From positions 33,141 through 97,140 of the forward strand of contig SDNP01000007.1 in the NCBI GenBank assembly GCA_004524445.1: a DNA stretch of 64,000 nucleotides, given 5' to 3'. Position numbers and translations under genes: made by a program. Positions 59,095 through 64,000 of the stretch are shown here, piece by piece; the stretch's first letter is position 1, and the number at the start of each line of letters is the position of its first letter. The notes beneath the pieces are model-generated. The model was given only the letters and a program-made list of their open reading frames with translations. It was not told the DNA's origin and ran no database searches. This DNA is from Candidatus Thorarchaeota archaeon (lineage in GTDB: Archaea; Asgardarchaeota; Thorarchaeia; Thorarchaeales; Thorarchaeaceae).

Positions 59095-61704
59095 TCAGTC
59101 TTCTCTGTCCTTCATTTGCGCCTCGATTTTTGACATTCTGTCCTTCAGTTCCCGGTTCTCTCTCTCAAGTTTCTCCACACTTTTTTTGAGAGAGTCTACT
59201 TCGTCCTTACCCTGCTTCTTCTTGAGCTCTCGAATAGAAACTCTGGCAGCACGTACCAAAGAGGACTCAACCTCTGTTTCAGCAATTCTTGTTAGTGTCG
59301 AAATGAGAGATGAATCACCGTAGGTCTTAGTAGCCAATATGGCGGCGCCTCTCACTCGGTATGACTTATCATACAGAAGTTTCTCCAGTATCTCCTTAAT
59401 GTCCGAGTGTTTCTTCTTGTATTTCTTTCCTAGCTTTACCAACAATTCCGGAATAATCCTTCTCAGGTAGTCATCTGTACCCTTCTCTAGGTATTTTTTG
59501 ACAATATCAATTGCCTTTTCCTTGTCAGTTTCTCCAAGTCCTTTTAGATATCCTTGTTTTATGATATTATGCCAGCTCTCTGGAGCGTTTTTCAACCCTC
59601 TTTTGAGGAACTCCAATGCTTGTTCATGTTTTGTCTTTCCGATCGATGCAGCTGCAGAAGACACCACAAAGTAGGACTCGTTATCCTCTGATAGCTTCTT
59701 GAGCGTTTCAAACGCTCTTTCATCTTGGAAGAATTCACCCAGCGCTCTGGCAACCGCAGTTCGTGCTCTTGAGTCTGGCAAGTCTGCGCCTTTCAGAAGA
59801 TGGTCAAGTGCGCTGTCAGTCTTGACCTCTCCAAGGGCTTTTGCTACCTCAGCTTGAAGTCCCCAAAACTCGTTTCTTAGCAGGATTTCTCCCAAAGCTT
59901 CGAGACTCTCTTGACTCCCCTTCTTACCCAATGCATGAACCGCCTTTATGCGCTGCATAAGATTCCCCCCTCTTCGGAGCTGTTCTATCCACATTGACTC
60001 TGGCTTCTCGATATCCCAATCCATCAATACGGCATAATCGGGGTCAACAACAATCTGCTCAGGTGGGTTCTTGACCGGATAATAGAAACTATGAATCCGC
60101 TCAGTGACCTCCATAGTGTACCTGGTTCTAGAACCGTCTTCTGCAACAAACTCCACCGTAAGTGGAAAACGGAACGCCTCTGGCGTCATGTCATCATCAT
60201 GGTCGTGTGTCTGTTCTATCTTGACCAGTGCGTGTCCAAGTTTCTGGTCATGTGAGCATTTTATTTTGCATTCTGGATAACCTGCCTTGTACAACCATTG
60301 CTCAAAGAACCACCCATAGTCCTCACCAGTCATTTCGGTAAACAGGCTCTCCAAATCATGTGTGTAAACAGATTGGTATGCATATCTTGTCAGCCACTCT
60401 CCAAGAATCTCCCACCACCTCTCTTCACCCACCAGATGCTTCAGCATATAGTATCTCCAAGCCGCTCCGGGGTACAGATGCCGATCAAAGACATCAGATC
60501 CCCGTTCCCACTCGTTCTTTACGATTGGTCTCCGATACTTCTTCTTGTCTTCTTCGAAGTATGCCTTCTGTTTTCCATACTGGTCGTATAGATACTCATC
60601 CATGCCCTTGTCATGCAGCTTCCACTCATTTTGCATCTGAGTGCCCCACCCCTCATTGAGCCAACCATGACTCCATGTTCTACAGGTCACCAAGTCTCCA
60701 CCCCATTGGTGGGCAAGCTCATGAGCCACAAGGGCATCAGACTGGTAGTCTTTGTGGGTCTTCTCATCATGAAGTGTTCCATCAGTCTGAGTTGTAGCAC
60801 TGACATTCTCCATTCCTCCTATCGTGAAATTCGCTGCAGTGACTTGCGCATATTTCGCCCAGGGAAATTTCACTCCGAGCTTCTCTTCGAAGAATCTAAT
60901 CATCTCTGGCGTCTTTCCGAAGGAACGATACACCGTCTCCTTGTCCCACTTCTCATGAGCGTAGTAACTGACCTCAAGCCCATCGTGTTCTTCTTTATAC
61001 TCTACATACTTGGATGCTGCCATTGTCAGTAGATAGGCTGGTATTGGCAAATCCTGGAGCCAATGAAACGTTTCCGTTCCATCATCATTCTTACGATGCT
61101 CCTTGAGTCTCCCATTGCTCATTGCGAAGTAGCCATCAGGTACGGTGAGTATAACCTGAACAGGGAACTTGTGGCTCGGATTGTCATAAACGGGGACTAC
61201 ATATCGTGCATAATCATCCTGCATCTGTGTCCAAAAACTCGACTCGATATCGGGGAATTCTGGGCATGGGTTTGTGAAGTACAACCCTCCCTGTGGGTTA
61301 TCTAGGGTGTACGTGAACGTCAGTTCTTCCTTCTGGTCCCTCTTTAGGGGCTTTGAGAGATATACAACCAAACGGTTGTCTGGTTCATAGGTGTCGAATC
61401 CAAGTTCATTACCGTTGGAGTCGCTTATCCCGCTGATATCCATACCGGCTGCATGGAAGGTCATTCGATTCGTTTCTGGTACTATGCAACTGACCTCCAT
61501 CTTTGAGATGGCATCAACACGTTCGTGCTCTATATCCACCATCCAGTCAATGGTTAACATCTTGATGTCATACTGTCTTGCTGGTGCCCACTGGGGCTTG
61601 GCAGTAGGAAACGTGAAGCTCTCACGGTCTGCCATCAGATGATATTCGGCTTGAGCCATATCTCCGCGCATCAGGCTCTCAAGATAATCATGAAAATCGG
61701 GCAT
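59095..61704 (-). CDS. M1 aminopeptidase with C-terminal HEAT repeats and coiled coil
   Basis: GGMEN, HELAH-x18-E (LNEG), repeated ALG HEAT units, terminal heptads. Confidence 0.93.
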   Translation of the reverse strand: MPDFHDYLESLMRGDMAQAEYHLMADRESFTFPTAKPQWAPARQYDIKMLTIDWMVDIEHERVDAISKMEVSCIVPETNRMTFHAAGMDISGISDSNGNELGFDTYEPDNRLVVYLSKPLKRDQKEELTFTYTLDNPQGGLYFTNPCPEFPDIESSFWTQMQDDYARYVVPVYDNPSHKFPVQVILTVPDGYFAMSNGRLKEHRKNDDGTETFHWLQDLPIPAYLLTMAASKYVEYKEEHDGLEVSYYAHEKWDKETVYRSFGKTPEMIRFFEEKLGVKFPWAKYAQVTAANFTIGGMENVSATTQTDGTLHDEKTHKDYQSDALVAHELAHQWGGDLVTCRTWSHGWLNEGWGTQMQNEWKLHDKGMDEYLYDQYGKQKAYFEEDKKKYRRPIVKNEWERGSDVFDRHLYPGAAWRYYMLKHLVGEERWWEILGEWLTRYAYQSVYTHDLESLFTEMTGEDYGWFFEQWLYKAGYPECKIKCSHDQKLGHALVKIEQTHDHDDDMTPEAFRFPLTVEFVAEDGSRTRYTMEVTERIHSFYYPVKNPPEQIVVDPDYAVLMDWDIEKPESMWIEQLRRGGNLMQRIKAVHALGKKGSQESLEALGEILLRNEFWGLQAEVAKALGEVKTDSALDHLLKGADLPDSRARTAVARALGEFFQDERAFETLKKLSEDNESYFVVSSAAASIGKTKHEQALEFLKRGLKNAPESWHNIIKQGYLKGLGETDKEKAIDIVKKYLEKGTDDYLRRIIPELLVKLGKKYKKKHSDIKEILEKLLYDKSYRVRGAAILATKTYGDSSLISTLTRIAETEVESSLVRAARVSIRELKKKQGKDEVDSLKKSVEKLERENRELKDRMSKIEAQMKDRED

Positions 61705-61932
61705 GTCTATTTCCTCCGGAGCATCTGGAAATATGCTCCATGGTCATGTATGGTGTTCCTGCAACAGGTGCGTATTAAGCTCGTGGTTTGCGCTGAAAAT
61801 CTACCCCTTCCCACACAAAGACATGTCCTGAGAATCCGTATCCATGGACAGTGATGTCTCATGGGACTATTCTGAAACGCTTTGTCGCAGGACTTATTAC
61901 CTCAAAACGTAGAGGTATAGTGTTGCTCCTTG

Positions 61933-61947
61933 GAAAGGTTTTTATTC
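61933..61947 (+). promoter_or_regulatory. Possible BRE/TATA of the rRNA transcript
   Basis: GAAAGG followed by TTTTTATT about 320 nt upstream of 16S. Confidence 0.3.
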
Positions 61948-63139
61948 TTACTCCACGGGGCAAGATTGCTTCGCGTCCAACGGTGTCATGTCGGATGCTA
62001 TTGGCAATTGCCAAGCGATGATGACAAATGATTTCCAGACGCGAGTACAAAATGCGGACGTGAGATAGACTGGCGCACGAGTGCCAGAATCCCCTCAGGT
62101 CTAAGATATGCTCAACAGTGTGCAGGTAGTATTGGGTAAGACATCCCGTCTAACCTCGTCATGCCTGTACTTCATCAAGTTTAATGTGTGCTTTAGTAAT
62201 GTGTACAATTTGCCGACTCTAGCATCGGCAGCAGACCCTTGCCGGTTGTGTACATGGTAAGATCAACTCTAGTTGATCCTGCTAGAGGACACTGCTATCG
62301 GCTTGGGGTTAAGACATGCAAGTGTAACGAACTCACATCCGAGTTCGTCGCAAACGGCTCAGTAGTGTCGTTAACCTACCCTGTAGAGGCGGAAAACGCC
62401 GGGAAACTGGCGGTAATTCGCCATAGGAGCATTGTTCTGGAAATGATATTGCTCTCAAATGGGTGCTCTAGGTATGTAGAGCTCACCGCTGCAGGACGGG
62501 ACGGCAATGGATCATACTTGTAAGTGGGGTAATTGCCCACTTAGGTTATGACCCGCGCGGGCGATGTAAGTCGTGGCCCGGAGAAGGGAACTGAGACAAG
62601 GTCCCTAGCCCCACGGGGCGCAGCAGTTACGAAACCTCACCAATGCGCGAAAGCGTGAGTGGGCCAAGCCGAGTGACGGGAGATAATTCCGTCTGTGGCG
62701 GTACCGTAGTATGGTCCGCTAGAAAGGAGAGGGCAAGGCTGGTGCCAGCCGCCGCGGTAAAACCAGCTCTTCGAGTGGTGTCCATGATTATTGAGCTTAA
62801 AGCGTTCGTAGCCGGTTTAGTAGGTCCCTGCTTAAATCCGGCCGCCTAACGGTCGGCCTGGTAGGGATACCGCTTTACTTGGGGATGGGAGACGGTGACG
62901 GTATTCCAGAGGTAGGGGTGAAATCCTATGATCTCTGGAGGACCACCAGTGGCGTAGGCGGTCGCCGAGAACATGCCCGACGGTGAGGGACGAAACCCAG
63001 GGGAGCGAATCGGATTAGATACCCGAGTAGTCCTGGGCGTAAACCATGCCCGCTAAGTGTTGCATTGGCCACGAGCCATTGCGGTGCTGTAGCAAAAGCG
63101 ATAAGCGGGCCGCTTGGGAAGTACGGTCGCAAGACTGAA

Positions 63140-63208
<69 letters not shown>

Positions 63209-63613
63209 GCTTGCGGTTTAATTGGACTCAACGCCGGAAATCTTACCTGCCCAGACAGCCGAATGAGAGCCAGGTTGATGACCTTGCTCGACGAGCTGAG
63301 AGCTGGTGCATGGCCATCGTAAATTCGTGCCGTGAGGTATCAGCTTAAGTGCTGCAACGAATGAGATCCCTGCCACCTAATTGCCAGCCGGGGGCTTCGG
63401 CCCTGCCGGGGCACATTAGGGGGACCGCCATCGAGAAGATGGAGGAAGGTGGGGGCCACGGTAGGTCAGTATGCCGCGATATGGGCAGGGCCACACGCGT
63501 GCTACAATGGCCGGGACAATGTGTTACAACGCCGAGAGGCGAAGTCAATCACTAAACCCGGTCGTAGTCGGAATCGGGGGTTGGAACTCACCCCCGTGAA
63601 CCTGGAATCCCTA

Positions 63614-63643
63614 TCATCTGTAGACTCCCTATAGATGGGGAAA
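63614..63643 (+). other. 16S intron 2 (30 nt, after about 1346)
   Basis: Removal restores GGAATCCCTAGTA; hairpin CATCTGTAG/CTATAGATG; [TCCC]TA|T and [GGGA]AA|G. Confidence 0.9.
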
Positions 63644-63683
63644 GTATCCGCGTGTCACTAACGCGCGGAGAATACGTCCCTGC

Positions 63684-63713
63684 CGGCGCCGAGATTACCT
63701 CTGTGCCGGGGAA
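63684..63713 (+). other. 16S intron 3 (30 nt, after about 1386)
   Basis: Removal restores GTCCCTGCTTCTTGCACAC; [CCCT]GC|C and [GGGG]AA|T. Confidence 0.88.
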
Positions 63714-63816
63714 TTCTTGCACACACCGCCCGTCGCTCCATGCGAGCGGGTTTGGGGTGAGGCTGTGTCCATTGGGCGCAGACGAATCTTGGGCTCGCAA
63801 GTAGGGAGAAGTCGTA

Positions 63817-63846
63817 ACTGAGTTACGCTTCGTGACTTGGCGATCA
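63817..63846 (+). other. 16S intron 4 (30 nt, after about 1499)
   Basis: Removal restores GAAGTCGTAACAAGG; hairpin CTGAGTTACG/CGTGACTTGG; [GTCG]TA|A and [CGAT]CA|A. Confidence 0.9.
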
Positions 63847-63878
63847 ACAAGGTATCCGTAGCGGAAGCTGCGGATGGA

Positions 63879-63910
63879 AGAAGGTGAGAGTCATTCTCGT
63901 CTTCCATTAT
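63879..63910 (+). other. 16S intron 5 (32 nt, after about 1531)
   Basis: Removal restores TGGATCACCTCCT; hairpin GAAGGTGAGA/TCTCGTCTTC; [GATG]GA|A and [CATT]AT|T. Confidence 0.9.
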
Positions 63911-64000
63911 TCACCTCCTAAGACTTTTTGTCTCTAAGAGGCAAAAGCAGTAGAAGTGCGGGTATGACGGGTTAGCGGTGCAACGTAGGTTGCTCCTGAA

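Noticed and set aside
62018-62070. Box C/D sRNA in the rRNA leader (ATGATGA)
   Set aside because: No convincing CTGA box D or terminal stem

Overview
Archaeal chromosomal segment, most consistent with an Asgard archaeon (probably Thorarchaeia); this is inferred from gene content and the divergent archaeal 16S, not from a database search. Housekeeping genes include partial pyrB, srp19, gar1, a TFE-beta/RPC34-like factor, rlmE, trm1, hppA, pyrH, valS and polX. Metabolic loci are an acetate module (GNAT-fused acyl-CoA hydrolase, OFA transporter, acs), a full H4MPT C1 branch (mer, mtd, mch, ftr, fwdABCD, fdhD) and a corrinoid/MtrH/ferredoxin locus joined to a dikinase apparently split into separate genes. 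The strongest unexplained signal is in the stable RNAs. All three tRNA genes carry introns (Ile 37/38; Leu D-loop plus 37/38; Ala T-arm 53/54). The 16S gene carries five 30-32 nt ORF-less hairpin introns with bulge-helix-bulge (BHB) junctions, two of them flanking helix 45 and one abutting the anti-Shine-Dalgarno. Two tRNA introns have close sequence relatives in or just after the 16S gene, suggesting a mobile mini-intron family shared between tRNA and rRNA. Also noted: in-frame TAG codons, a ribonucleotide reductase relic and a cluster of three small ORFs.
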